A stretch of 64,000 nt of DNA from Schmidtea polychroa. Lineage: Eukaryota. The DNA is taken from the NCBI GenBank assembly GCA_044892525.1, contig CM097885.1:207142001-207206000 (forward strand), read 5' to 3'. The notes below the pieces were generated by a model that was given only the letters and a program-made list of their open reading frames with translations, was not told where the DNA came from and did no database searches. Every line of letters begins with the position of its first letter. Position 1 is the stretch's first letter. This document shows, in pieces, positions 43,940 through 56,183 of the stretch. The position numbers were made by a program, and so were the translations under genes.

Positions 43940-46315
43940 CAGCGGTTCTCAAAGTGTGCTCCGCGGAGCCCTGGGGTTCCGCGAGGTACCTCAAAGGGCT
44001 CCGTGAATTATAAATTTAAAATCGCTAAAAATTATTATTAATTTACATATTAATTTATTTATTTCTATAAATTACTTATATATACATTATTAAGCGAGTT
44101 TTAATTATTATTTTTTTTATCTGCAACTTATTAAGTATGGATCGTTGGCTTATCAAAGGTACATCGAAAGATACAGGATCGCAGCAATCAGCTGGACCGT
44201 CTACATCCAAAAACATTGAAAATGAAACAACAGTGGAAACTTGCATAAATCCAGAAAAAGAAGTATCTGCTGCCACTACGAGCATATTACGTGAACCAGC
44301 CACTAAGAAAAGGAAATATGATGAAAGCTACCTGTCTCTTGGTTTTGTAGATGCTAACAATGTGCCTCAATGTGTCTTATGCAGCAAGCTTTTTCCAAAT
44401 AGTGCTATGGTACCCGCTAAAATGCGTCGCCATTTGGAAACCGTACATCCAGAGTTTAAACATAAGAAAGTTGATTATTTTATGCGTATGCGTGATGAAC
44501 TCTTAAAGCGCCAAAGCCTAATTGTTTCAACATTTAAAACTAGCAATGAGAAGGCCACTGAAGCATCATATATTGTCAGTTATCGTATTGCATTGGCAGG
44601 CGAAGCTCATACAATAGCTGAGACATTGATCAAGCCTTGTGCAGTCGATATCGCTAAATGTATACTTGATGAAACGTCGGCAAAAGAAATCACTAATGTG
44701 CCACTATCCAATGACACGGTAGCTCGTCGAATTAAAGATTTAGCAGCCAATGTAAGGGCTGAATTGATATCTCGTCTGCAATGTTGTAATTTTTCTCTGC
44801 AAATGGACGAAAGCACAGACGTAGCTGGACTTGCAGTCTTGCTTGTATTTGTCCGATATCAGCATCTAAATTTGCTTGAAGAGGATCTACTTTTGTGTCA
44901 ACCATTGCCAACCGATACAACTGGTGCCGAAATATTTAAAATGGTGGATAACTTTTTTAATACTCATAACTTAGATTGGAAAAACTGTGTTGATATCTGC
45001 ACTGATGGTGCAAAGGCAATGGTAGGAAAAACTGCTGGCGCTGTCGCAAAAATCAAGAACTTAGCACCAAACTGCACAAATAGCCACTGTATTCTTCATC
45101 GCCAAGCACTTGCTGTAAAAAAAATGCCATTGGGACTTAAAAAGGTCCTTGACGAGTCTGTAAAGATTATAAATTTCATAAAATCGCGACCATTACAAAC
45201 TCGGCTTTTCAAGATTCTATGCGAAGATATGGGCAGCCTTCATAAAGCTTTACTGCTCCATACCGAAGTACGATGGCTGTCTCGAGGGAAAGTACTTGTT
45301 CGACTATTCGAGCTACGTTCCGAATTGGGCTCCTTTTTCATGAACAACAGGATGGACTTACAAGAAAGATTGACAGATAAACTATGGTTGTTTCGACTTG
45401 GATATCTCGCCGATATTTTTTCAAAGATAAATAAAGTGAATATGTCACTTCAAGGAAAACAAGTAACAGTGTTCACAGCCAATGATAAGATTCAAGCTTT
45501 TAAAAAGAAATTGGAATTATGGATCTCTTGCATTCGCTCTCGTGAACTAGATAGCTTCACAATACTTAAGGATTTCTGCGATGAAATTAATGGAGACATT
45601 GATGCAAGTGACCTTATTATGTTGTGTGATGAAATTTGTCAACATTTGGAAGAAATTCTAAACTCGGTCAAGCAATATTTTCCAAATGAAGAGAATGAAA
45701 AGCTTAAAAGTTATACATGGATTAGAACCCCATTCATAGTGCAGAAAAGGCTAGAAAAATTCACAGCTAAGGAGTACGAAATTTTCATTGACATGATATC
45801 AGATTCCTCACTGCAGCTCCTATTTGAAAAACTATCTTTGCCAGAATTTTGGTGTACTTTGAGAGAAGAATATGCAGATTTATCAATTCAAGCTGTTAAA
45901 ATACTTCTTCCTTTCGCTACAACTTATCTGTGCGAATCTGGATTTTCTTCGTATGCTGCAACAAAAACAAAATATCGCAATAGACTCGATGCAGAAGCTG
46001 ATATGAGGATTCAACTGTCCTCTATAAAGCCAGACATAAAACAATTATGTCAAAAAAGGAAACAAGTCCATCCGTCCCACTAGCAATGTTTGTTTTTTGT
46101 AATATTTTGTAATTATTTTCCGATAAATAAATGATTCAATTTAAGTACAAAAAATTTAAATCTTTTTTTATTTATAAATATATATATAAAAATATATATA
46201 CTCTTCGATGTTAGATCATCGAGTGGCATACACATAATTAGTGAACCAATGGGGTTCCGTGGAAATCTATATGGCTTTGGAGGGCTCCGCGGTTCAAAAA
46301 GTTTGAGAACCGCTG
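43940..46315 (+). mobile_element. Full-length Buster-family hAT transposon (2376 bp)
   Basis: TIRs CAGCGGTTCTCAAA / TTTGAGAACCGCTG. Exact NNNTANNN 8-bp TSD CTTTAAAG at 43932-43939 and 46316-46323. Confidence 0.95.
44137..46083 (+). CDS. Intact Buster/ZBED5/SCAND3-like hAT transposase, 648 aa
   Basis: BED finger (PQCVLC..RRHLETVH), LQMDESTD, ICTDGAKAM, HCILHRQAL, LHTEVRWLSRG and TYLCESGFS, in one uninterrupted ORF. Confidence 0.95.
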   Translation: MDRWLIKGTSKDTGSQQSAGPSTSKNIENETTVETCINPEKEVSAATTSILREPATKKRKYDESYLSLGFVDANNVPQCVLCSKLFPNSAMVPAKMRRHLETVHPEFKHKKVDYFMRMRDELLKRQSLIVSTFKTSNEKATEASYIVSYRIALAGEAHTIAETLIKPCAVDIAKCILDETSAKEITNVPLSNDTVARRIKDLAANVRAELISRLQCCNFSLQMDESTDVAGLAVLLVFVRYQHLNLLEEDLLLCQPLPTDTTGAEIFKMVDNFFNTHNLDWKNCVDICTDGAKAMVGKTAGAVAKIKNLAPNCTNSHCILHRQALAVKKMPLGLKKVLDESVKIINFIKSRPLQTRLFKILCEDMGSLHKALLLHTEVRWLSRGKVLVRLFELRSELGSFFMNNRMDLQERLTDKLWLFRLGYLADIFSKINKVNMSLQGKQVTVFTANDKIQAFKKKLELWISCIRSRELDSFTILKDFCDEINGDIDASDLIMLCDEICQHLEEILNSVKQYFPNEENEKLKSYTWIRTPFIVQKRLEKFTAKEYEIFIDMISDSSLQLLFEKLSLPEFWCTLREEYADLSIQAVKILLPFATTYLCESGFSSYAATKTKYRNRLDAEADMRIQLSSIKPDIKQLCQKRKQVHPSH

Positions 46316-47278
46316 CTTTAAAGCATATATTTATGGCTAATTTGAATTAAAATTACTATTTTTTTCGTTATGTAAATAAGTAAACAGATCTTTCAAGGTA
46401 GGTCTTATTATAGGGGAAATACGGTACCTTTCGAATTTATCCCTCCTTGGTCGAGATGGTATCGATGTTGTAAATGTAGTTGTAAAGAAAGTTTTACTAA
46501 ACGGAGAGACCAAAGATAATACCCATAAAAACACGAATTTATTGGCAGATAAAACTAATATGATTCGAAAATTTTCCGAATTTATAAATTCAATCTAAAG
46601 TTTAAATTTATGCATTGAAATGTTTTCCATTAAAGAAATGTTACTGACGTTTCATTTTCTCATCGTGAATCAAGAAATGTTCTTTTTCTAATTTTTACAT
46701 CACATTTCATGGCCAAGAAACTTACTTGACACGAATCGGGAAAAGTCGAAATTTAGAATAACCAGGAGGGTCGTAAAAAATCTTTCAATTTTAGCATTCC
46801 CGAGTCACTCAGAAAAATAGTTCCCACGTCAAATATCCCTTGGAACATTCGTAAATATTTCGTAGAAAATGACAGTTTAAAATTTATTTGATGTAAAGCC
46901 ATTGCTCAGATTTTAAAATATTCTTATAATTTTTTATTTTTCTAGAAATAAAATGAAATTCCTTCGAATCGAAAAATTGTAAAATGTTAAGAATTCTTGA
47001 TTACAAACTTTGTTGGGTCTAACATTTCGTTTACTCTGAATATAGTCCCATTTGAAAGCATATCTGATGAAAAAACTTATTCTTTTATGTTGCTTTGGTG
47101 GTGAATTTTTTATATTATGACCCGGGAGAAAGTGAATTTGTAACTCTCTAGAAATTACAAGAAATATTTCATTGAATCGTGAATGGCTAACAGTTTTATA
47201 TGAAAAAATACAGAATTTTCTGTTCGAGTGCTGTTTACTTTCTTTGAAAATTTCCGTTAATCACAACATACACTAAGG

Positions 47279-49215
47279 CAGTGATGACGAACCTATGGCA
47301 CGCGAGCTTATTTTTGGTGACACGCCTCTTCAAAGATAAAAAGTCATAATTTAAATATTTGCCCCTAATAACGGCCCTCATTGGTTATTTATATTAGCCT
47401 TATTAGTTACGTTATTAATGAATATAATTTAATTCCTAAAAAAGACGTGCATATACAAGTAAATAGTATTACGTAACAAATATACATATTAAAAAAATTA
47501 AATGCTTTTTTTCAATATTGATATTAATATAAAGATGTCAAAATCAAAACATCTACATCGGCTATGTTTCGAGTTGGTCGGCAAACATTCGGCAAACAGG
47601 CGTATTTGATCACAATGACACGAGGTTGGAAGAAGGATGTGTAAAGGGCAACAGTACTACACGAGACATTCTCTGTCGGAGAAATATCTTCAGTGTGTTT
47701 GAATCTTATGATACTAGTAATCAGTGCAATAACATTGCAGAAAGTTACTAGTTAATAAACCTATCAATTTTTTTAAAAAATCGCTTATTTAAATTGATGT
47801 TTTTTCTAGCCCTGTGATGGAGAATAGAAAAATTCTAAAACGAAAATTAGTTGATAAAGGAAGTGTAAGTAATGGTAGCCGTCCATTTCAAGGCATATGG
47901 ACTGAAATATATGGGACATAAACAACAGATCATTGTGCATACTATGCAATGAAACGGCTGTAAGCAGGTCATGGAATATAAAAAGACATTTCGAAACTAA
48001 TCAAAATCAAAATTTGGATAAAAGTATCGATTTCTAGGCAGTTACAACTCTATAAAAATCAAACAAATTCAATTTTTAAATTTCTATAAAGCACTACAAA
48101 TTCCAGATCAGGAAGTTACTATATAGGTCAGGATGGAAAACCTCTCAGTGACGGTGAATTTATTAAACGAACATTTCGTGAATGTGCACCTTCTTTATTT
48201 CGTGACATGAAAAATAAAGATGAAATTATTAAATGAATTTCCGAGTTACCTCTCGGTAGAAATACTATCAAAGACAGAATAATAGATCTAAATAAAAACG
48301 TACAGGAACAATTAAAAAAAGATTTAATCAGTTGTAAATATTTTTCGATTTCCCTTGATGAAACTACGGATGTCACATCAAATACTCGGTTGGCCATTAT
48401 TGCTAGATATTCAGATAGTCTCTCAGTGAGAGAAAAGGTAATAAAGTTAGAATCAGTGCCAATAGGTACATCAGGAAGTGAAATATGTATGGTTGTTACA
48501 AAAACATTTAGTGACATTTCTAAAATTATTTCAGTCATGACAGGTGGGGCTCCGAATATGGTTGGAAAAAATGTTGGATTTATAAAATTGTTAATGGATG
48601 TTATTGGACATCCAGTTGTTCCTTTTCATTGCATTATCCATCAGGAAGTGTTGTGTGCCAAATCTGGATTTTCAGAACTAAATAATATAATGTTAGTTGT
48701 GATGAAAATAATGAATTTTATTGCCACTTCACAAGCGCGAATTTTACATCGTTTACAATGGACTTACAATGGACTATTACAATGGACTATTAATGTTCAA
48801 TAACGTGAGATGGCTTAGTCGAGGAAAAGTATTGGAGAGATTTGTAGAGTGTTTTGACGAAATTTTATTATTCATTGAAAAAAACATCTAATAACTGTTC
48901 ATCAGCTTGAGAATCACATCTGGATCAGCAATTTAATGTTCTTCACTGACCTCTCTGTTCGTTTGAATAAACTTAACTTAAAATTACAAGGTTTTGGAAA
49001 AAAGTATTGATGTTATGTTTGGATACATCAAATCATTTGAAAGAAAACTTCAAATTTTCAAGCAAGATATTGAAATTAAAAGATGTAAGTATTTTCCTCG
49101 CATAAAAAAATATTTTGAAAAGGAAACAACTCCGTGTGAAATTGAATGCATACTTCTGTACCAAAACATAATTAACTCATTAATTCAACAATTCACCCAG
49201 TTTAGAAGCCTAGAA
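47279..49215 (+). mobile_element. Decayed, 3'-truncated SPIN/GTF2IRD2-like Buster hAT
   Basis: Terminus CAGTGATGACGAACCTATGGCACGCG after the NNNTANNN 8-mer CACTAAGG. Fragments SLDETTDVT, HCIIHQEVLCAK and VRWLSRGKVLERF. Frameshifted. No right TIR found. Confidence 0.8.
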
Positions 49216-50990
49216 TAGTTAATAAAGACAACCTGTCTCAGTTATGGGGAAGAATTTCCCCCATCAATCGAGCCGGACATCGTCTACGTTGGAACCAGCA
49301 CTGTCGCGGTCAAGACACCGGTGCCAGTTTTCGCTCCATTAGCATCTACTACGATCAGTCGCTCTAAAAGAAAAAGACTCACACGAGCATAGCGCTGAAA
49401 ACGAAAACGGGATTAGCTTGTAGTTTTCGAAGCTGCACTATTTTCGGTCCACTCTGCAACTGCCACAGTACCGGTGATGGAGACGTCGATCATCTGCTGC
49501 GAGAAACAGGAAGGAGCGAGTTCTGGCCAGCTACCGAGAAAATGCCTCAGTGATCCACGATTTTCATCAATATCGTCTCGATACTCTAGTGCATCGATTA
49601 GTCGACGAGAAATCTCTATCTTGTGTACTGAACCGAACTCTGACAAATTAGTGTGTATCCGAATAGTTATGTGAAATTGCATGTCTTGATACTTAATATA
49701 AATTTGTGTTTTTCTTTTACTTGTCTTCTATGATACGTGGAATCGGTTAAGCGGTTGTATGGAGTAGTGTGTGAAGGGGAAATGAAATAACCTCAATTGT
49801 ACCAGAGGTTTTGAGTGGATAGTAATACTAATGGTTTATGGGGATGTAAGACCTTCTATCGGCCATCCAGAACCCAAAAAAGAGAATATCATGAAGAGTA
49901 GTTCTAGCAATGGACCTCACCTGCTCATGAATTTTCAGACATTATGTGCAGCACTAACATGGGTACACAGATGGTATAAAGACAATAATCATGAAGGCGT
50001 TTAGGAAGGAGTTGGTTCGAGAATCCATGACTACCCCTACTATGGTTAATTATGATACACCCCTAAGCGCCAGCACAGTGGTTTTAATCCTGCGTCATAG
50101 ATAATAAAGAAAACTTCTATGAGTTAACTCGGAGTCAACTGTGAACATTTTAAATAAAATCATGAGCACATCTTTTATCATAAATTGCTCTAACTGAAAT
50201 TCAAATGGTTTCCTTCTTCCTCGCCACCCGATGATGGAACATCACTAAATTTGCTTCATCTTTATCAATATTGCTGAAATAAACAAATCTGACTAAAATC
50301 TTTCATATCTAATAAATCTTTGTATTATTTATTATTATATAAAAATTTTAAAGTTTTTTGAAAACATTTTTAAAACAAAGATAATTTTTGCAAGCGGTCT
50401 CAGTTTATGTAAGTAATATACGCCCCATTCTCAATATTTAAATAATTGCGATTTCCCACTTCCGTCCATTCACCCCACCCACTCATCAAAATAATACTTA
50501 AAATATTTCAAATTGATGTTTGAATATGGAAAAATGTATTAAGAATTACTATATAAAGGAAATGGAAATCTCCCTCATCTCAAGGTTCCAACGAATTGTT
50601 TATATTTGAAAATCTTCGTCTTATAAATCAAATTAAATTTACGTAAATAAAACAAAATTATTTTGTAATTTCATTAAATTTTCACAAGGTAAAATAAACG
50701 TTTGCAAAAATTTTTGCACAAAACTGAGTTGATTTCATTTGGAGATAAAAAATCAACAGGTAAATGCAAATTGGAACATGATTAAACAGATCGAGATTTT
50801 CTAACTCTTTCTTTACAACTTCAAGGTGAACTGTTATTTCATACAGGCAAGACTGACAGCAGTGGCCACCCCTCTTCGCCCGCAATTCTTGGCAATTTTA
50901 TTATCTAATTACAAATTAAAATTGATAGAAATAATTTAATTTTATTAATGTGGGTATAATAGATTGAAATGATAATGGATAACATACATT

Positions 50991-51272
50991 NNNNNNNNNN
51001 NNNNNNNNNNNNNNNNNNNNNNNNNNNNNNNNNNNNNNNNNNNNNNNNNNNNNNNNNNNNNNNNNNNNNNNNNNNNNNNNNNNNNNNNNNNNNNNNNNNN
51101 NNNNNNNNNNNNNNNNNNNNNNNNNNNNNNNNNNNNNNNNNNNNNNNNNNNNNNNNNNNNNNNNNNNNNNNNNNNNNNNNNNNNNNNNNNNNNNNNNNNN
51201 NNNNNNNNNNNNNNNNNNNNNNNNNNNNNNNNNNNNNNNNNNNNNNNNNNNNNNNNNNNNNNNNNNNNNNNN
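50991..51272. other. Assembly gap (N run)
   Basis: Run of Ns. Confidence 1.
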
Positions 51273-52071
51273 AAGTTTCATTCTGTGAATTTTTTAAAAA
51301 TATGTTTTCACATCTATTTATGATTGACTGTTTAAATTATTAAATAGTTGAATATATTAAGCACTAAATAATTCTGTCATTTGTAAAAATTATTGGCACT
51401 TTCAATTTAAAGTGAAAATAAATAAATTTGACTTTTGAACATTTCTGATGATTTTTAATTGAAATATTGCCATGCATCCTAAACCCGCCTTAATTAATTT
51501 CCTTACGCTTAAAGTCCTTGAATTTTTGGCAGGCTTTTTCTCAACTAAACTTTAAAATCACAAATACAATTATGAAATCAGTCCTCAACTTCGAAATCTT
51601 TTATCGTTCAAAGAACTCAAAAATGAAAAATTTTGCATGAAAATTATACTTTCCTTATAAAAAAGAAAGTAAACGTAAATATAATTTATATACATATTTT
51701 ATTGGTAATAATTTGGTGAATAAATGTAAATAAAAGATTAAAATGCAAAAAACATAAAATTTGAAAATGTTAGAAATTTTAAAAATACAAAATTTTAATT
51801 GTAAAAATTTTATCAATACGGATTGAAGCATTAATATAAAATATGTACTGATACAAAATTAAATTGTAAAATTAAAAATTAAAAATCAAAGTCATAAAAT
51901 TATAAAAAAAATTATTTAAAATATTTTACTAAAATTTTATGATTGCAAAAAGTTGATTTTAATTTTAATCACAGGTCTGTCAGGTGATATTGAAATTATA
52001 ATCTTTATATTTAAATGTTTAATGTTGATAATAGCAAAATTTTTATATTATATATTATTTGTATATTATTT

Positions 52072-52336
52072 ATATATGTTACAGTTAAAGTATAAACTTA
52101 GACAATGTATACATTATCTAATAAATACATAAATGTTATTCTAGTATGCCATGTTGCAATACTACTTATATATAGTATACAGTTTATTATTATTTTATTA
52201 TTGTCTAAAAATTTTACTACTAAAAAATTTACTAGTGAATATATACTTTAACTGAATTTAAAACTTTAGCTGTAATGTCAACTTTAACTAGTTAATGTAT
52301 ACATCGTCTAAGTTCATACTTTAACTGTAACATATA
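52072..52336. repeat. Small AT-rich foldback/MITE
   Basis: ATATATGTTACAGTTAAAGTATAAACTTAGACAATGTATACATTA mirrors TAATGTATACATCGTCTAAGTTCATACTTTAACTGTAACATATA. Confidence 0.6.
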
Positions 52337-54377
52337 AAAAAAATTTTCAAATTCCTGAGTCTAATTTAGCGGTCGGTACTTTACAACTCTTTGCAACTTT
52401 GAAAAAGAACTTATTAAGAAAGAAAAATGAAGAATTTTAAAAAGAAAAATAATTTTAATAAAATGCTATAGAAAAAAATGGCTGTCTAAATCGAAATCAA
52501 TCTTTGAAGGAATCATGAAGTATTCTGAGAGGATAAAGTAATTATGTAAAGTTAATTATTTTCCAATTTAAGCTCCCCTTCCAAACAGAAATTTTTCATA
52601 GAACTTTATTTTTAAAAATGAATCAAAATTTTTAATTTAAAATTTATAGTTTTGTTTTAGTAATTTTGTTCAAAAGTTAAAAATAAAGTTTTAAAATTAT
52701 TTTTGTTTCTTGATTGGATTGTTTTGGATTTATACTTTTTGGCATTTTAGCATTTCTTTCCAAGAATCCCAACTCATTTTTTTTTTGAAAAGAAATAATT
52801 TTCAATTGCTCTCTTTTTAATGGTAAAAATAAATTGATTAATTTTAAATGAAAAAAAAAGCAATTTGGCAAAAAACATGAAAAAATCTATTTGAAATTAA
52901 ACAATATATTTATACGCCTAAAATGGGAAAAAAGAAGAACAAAAATGAAATGTTTTTGAATAAGTAAATAATTTCATAGTTCTTCCGGTTCCAAAGCTTT
53001 CCCTGTGTCATAGTTCGTTTTTCTTATAAATTTAGTCCATAGTTAATAAAATACAAAAATCAGATTTTTTGTACTGAGTAAAATTAAATTAGGTACCCAT
53101 TTAATTATACAGTTACTCTAGTGAATATACTCTTCATATTGTCTTTAACAAAACCTTATACGCGATGCATCTATGAAACACCTACCTTGGAGATTGGTTT
53201 CTTTTTCTTCTTAATATCTTACTAAACCTTCTCCATTACGTAATGTTCTAGCGTAATGTTCACTATAAAAAATTCATTGAGGGTATGATATCTTGAAATT
53301 TTCATCGCGAATGTAGACTAGTTAAGATCAGGATTGTGGTTGCATTTCAATTATTTAAATGAATTCTTTAAAAAATGAAATCACCGGTGCTCTTGAACCA
53401 TGGTCAAAAAGAAGTTAAAGAGTCGATCGCATTATTGCTTCAGGAAAAAATTCAAATCAAGATAATTTTCGGTGTTAGTTTAACATCAAGAGACAAGTCA
53501 TCCGTCAATTGATCTATACTACTTTCACAATAACATTTAGTTCCTCAAGTTTTGATAAATAACTCTTAAGTGTATTAAATTTCAAAAAACCATTCAAAGT
53601 CAATTGAAAAGTCAACATGAAACAGAAAAATAAATTTCCTGTGCCGGCACATTTTCAGCAAATAGGTGCTTGACACTGCCAGAAAGTTGGTAACAAGCAT
53701 TTAATACATCCTTCCAACTAAAAAGTTATATGGTTGTCAGCAATATGGTATAATGACAATGATTTTTAATGGAAAACAAAAGATCTAAAATCCATAACAT
53801 GTAAGTTCCAGTCTACAGAAGCAAAGAAAATTTTATTTCTCAATGAAATATAACATGAAAGAGAAAATTAGACCTTCGACATAAAAATCTTATTGAAATT
53901 ATTACTATTTATAGATGGTAAAAAATCAGAATGTCACTTTGACAGCATATAACAGAGCACAGAGTAACACAAGACCTGCCTCGTTGTAAACTAATTAATC
54001 ATTGATAAGAGTTTAGAAGTAAAAGATCTAGTTTAATATATGGCTATGAGTGATGAGCAGCATAAGCTAGACATACCTAACCTTCCTCGCAATGGTTTTC
54101 TTGATAAAATTGAATCGTTTTTTTTGTATTTGAACATCCTTCGTTGGGCTTTAAAAATAGATCAAACGTAGTTGATATAGCAAAATTTACCTTTTGTGCA
54201 AATTCGTAACCCCAATATACTTTAGTATTATTTTGAGTAATTTTTACTTCTTATTATCTTACGATTTCCGTTGAATACCATTATAAAACTGTCCCATCAT
54301 ATTTTATTTTTTATATTCAAATATTATAGTTTAAACGGCAATTTAATTCCCTTCTATGTTTTAGCCTAATATTCAAT

Positions 54378-55953
54378 TTGCCAACAACTCGATCATCTAT
54401 GCCAGATAAAACTGTAGCTGATACCCCTTTCACTACAACAATAGACATTTCAGATTGTATCTATAATATCATTTATTTGGCCTCAGCGCTTATGACATTA
54501 ACGGAACCCATTGAACTTTTGCAGGACATGGAAATGTTTAATTTCTATGAAGGAGGGATACGGAATGGGTTAACATTTGTTAACAAACATTATTTTGCAA
54601 GTTCTGAAGACACAATTTGTATGGTTGGGCCTTAAGCTAAAAGCTTCCGTATGCTGACTTTGAATGGGTGATTGATGATCTTGATTCCGTCTTGAATGAA
54701 TGTGTGAATGAAAATATTGAAATCCTTCCATATGGCTATACTATGGAGGTTGATATTGATATCCCTGATTGTTTGCATGATTTTTGAATGATTTTCCGAT
54801 TGCACCGGAAAAGATATGCCCGCCTAATTCGAAAGTTGAGAAGCTGATGCTCACGCATTGGCCGAAGAAGAACCATGTTCTTCATTGGAGGCTTCTCAAG
54901 CTGTATATAGAATTGGGGGCTGTAATTAAAACTGTACAAAGAGCAATTAAATTCACACATTCACCCATTTTTAAATCGTACATAGACAAAAACACTAATT
55001 TGAGAGCCAATTCTACATGCGAGCTATATAGAAATTTATAGAGATTTTATAGAGATCTGTATAAATTATTTAACAATAGCTTGTACGGTAAATCTATCGA
55101 GATCCTTAAAAAACGGATGAATTTGAGGCTATGCAATTCAGCTGAAAAGATGATTGTATATGCATCAAAACCTACTTTCAGAAAATCTTTCAAAATTGAC
55201 GATGACCTGATTGCGGCACATCTTGATAAAGATTCTATATGTTTAGACAGGCCTAGCTATATTGGTCAAACAGTGTTAGATTTGTCTAAACTACTGATGT
55301 ACGAGCTTCAGTATCTGGAATTGGCTAAATATAGAAACGAATTTAATTGTGATATAAATATCGTTGCTGGGGACACTGGCTCCTTTTTTCTTGAGGTTAG
55401 GCACTGTAAGCTTGACGCTCTTTTACCGGCAATGATTCTTGACAATCTTTTAGACACTATCAACTATGACCCATCACATCCCTTAAACTCGAGAAACCTT
55501 GATTCTGTGATAGTGAAGTTTAAAGATGAAAGTAAAGGTCTCGGGTATAAGGAGTGGGTTTTCTTAAGACCCAAGTGTTATAGTTTGTTAGGGGCCGAAG
55601 ATAATTTAAAAGCAAAGGAAGTCAGATTGATAGGGACTGAAATTGGGCACCAGTCATATTTAGACTGTTACAATAACAATGTATTATTCTCTGTGCCACA
55701 AGCTAGAATAGGGACGCGCAACCCCCAGCTTCTTACATTTAAAAATGCCGAGATTGCCTTGTCAAACAACAACGACAAACGATTATGGGTGGAGAAAAAT
55801 TCTAGTCTCGCATTTCGGCATTATTTAGGAATAGATGCCTTAGATGTTGATCAAGTATTTTCAGAAATTGGTCCACTATTCGGAGGTCTAAGTCCATATT
55901 TCAATGATGACGACAATGATATTGATATAGATGACGTATTGTTATCGAATTGA
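54378..55953 (+). pseudogene. Decayed Maverick/Polinton-type family B DNA polymerase (C-terminal catalytic region)
   Basis: Across three frames: GGIRNGLTFVNKHY, LPYADFEWV, MEVDIDIP, LNDFPIAPEK, KLFNNSLYGKSIE (KxxxNSxYG motif), VLDLSKLLMY, AGDTGS (degenerate YxDTDS), FKDE, LRPKCYS and DKR. Stops and frameshifts are present. Further decayed sequence probably extends upstream to about 53.3 kb. Confidence 0.8.
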
Positions 55954-56016
55954 CCTGTGATTTAATAGATCTTTTGATGTCTTAATTTTTTATCTTTTTT
56001 ATGATGTAAAAAGTAA

Positions 56017-56183
56017 NNNNNNNNNNNNNNNNNNNNNNNNNNNNNNNNNNNNNNNNNNNNNNNNNNNNNNNNNNNNNNNNNNNNNNNNNNNNNNNNNNNN
56101 NNNNNNNNNNNNNNNNNNNNNNNNNNNNNNNNNNNNNNNNNNNNNNNNNNNNNNNNNNNNNNNNNNNNNNNNNNNNNNNNNNN
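56017..56183. other. Assembly gap (N run)
   Basis: Run of Ns. Confidence 1.

Larger units (their letters stand above)
41936..46424 (-). mobile_element. pogo-family DNA transposon interrupted by a nested Buster element
   Basis: TIRs CCGTATTTCCCCGAAAATAAGAC (41936) and GTCTTATTATAGGGGAAATACGG (ends 46424), with TA TSDs at 41934-41935 and 46425-46426. About 2.1 kb after removing the nested hAT. Confidence 0.85.

Noticed and set aside
46750-47100. Kinase-like peptide on the minus strand (TIFLSDSGMLKLKDF)
   Set aside because: Only a weak resemblance to the subdomain VII region. There is no HRD or DFG, and stops surround it.
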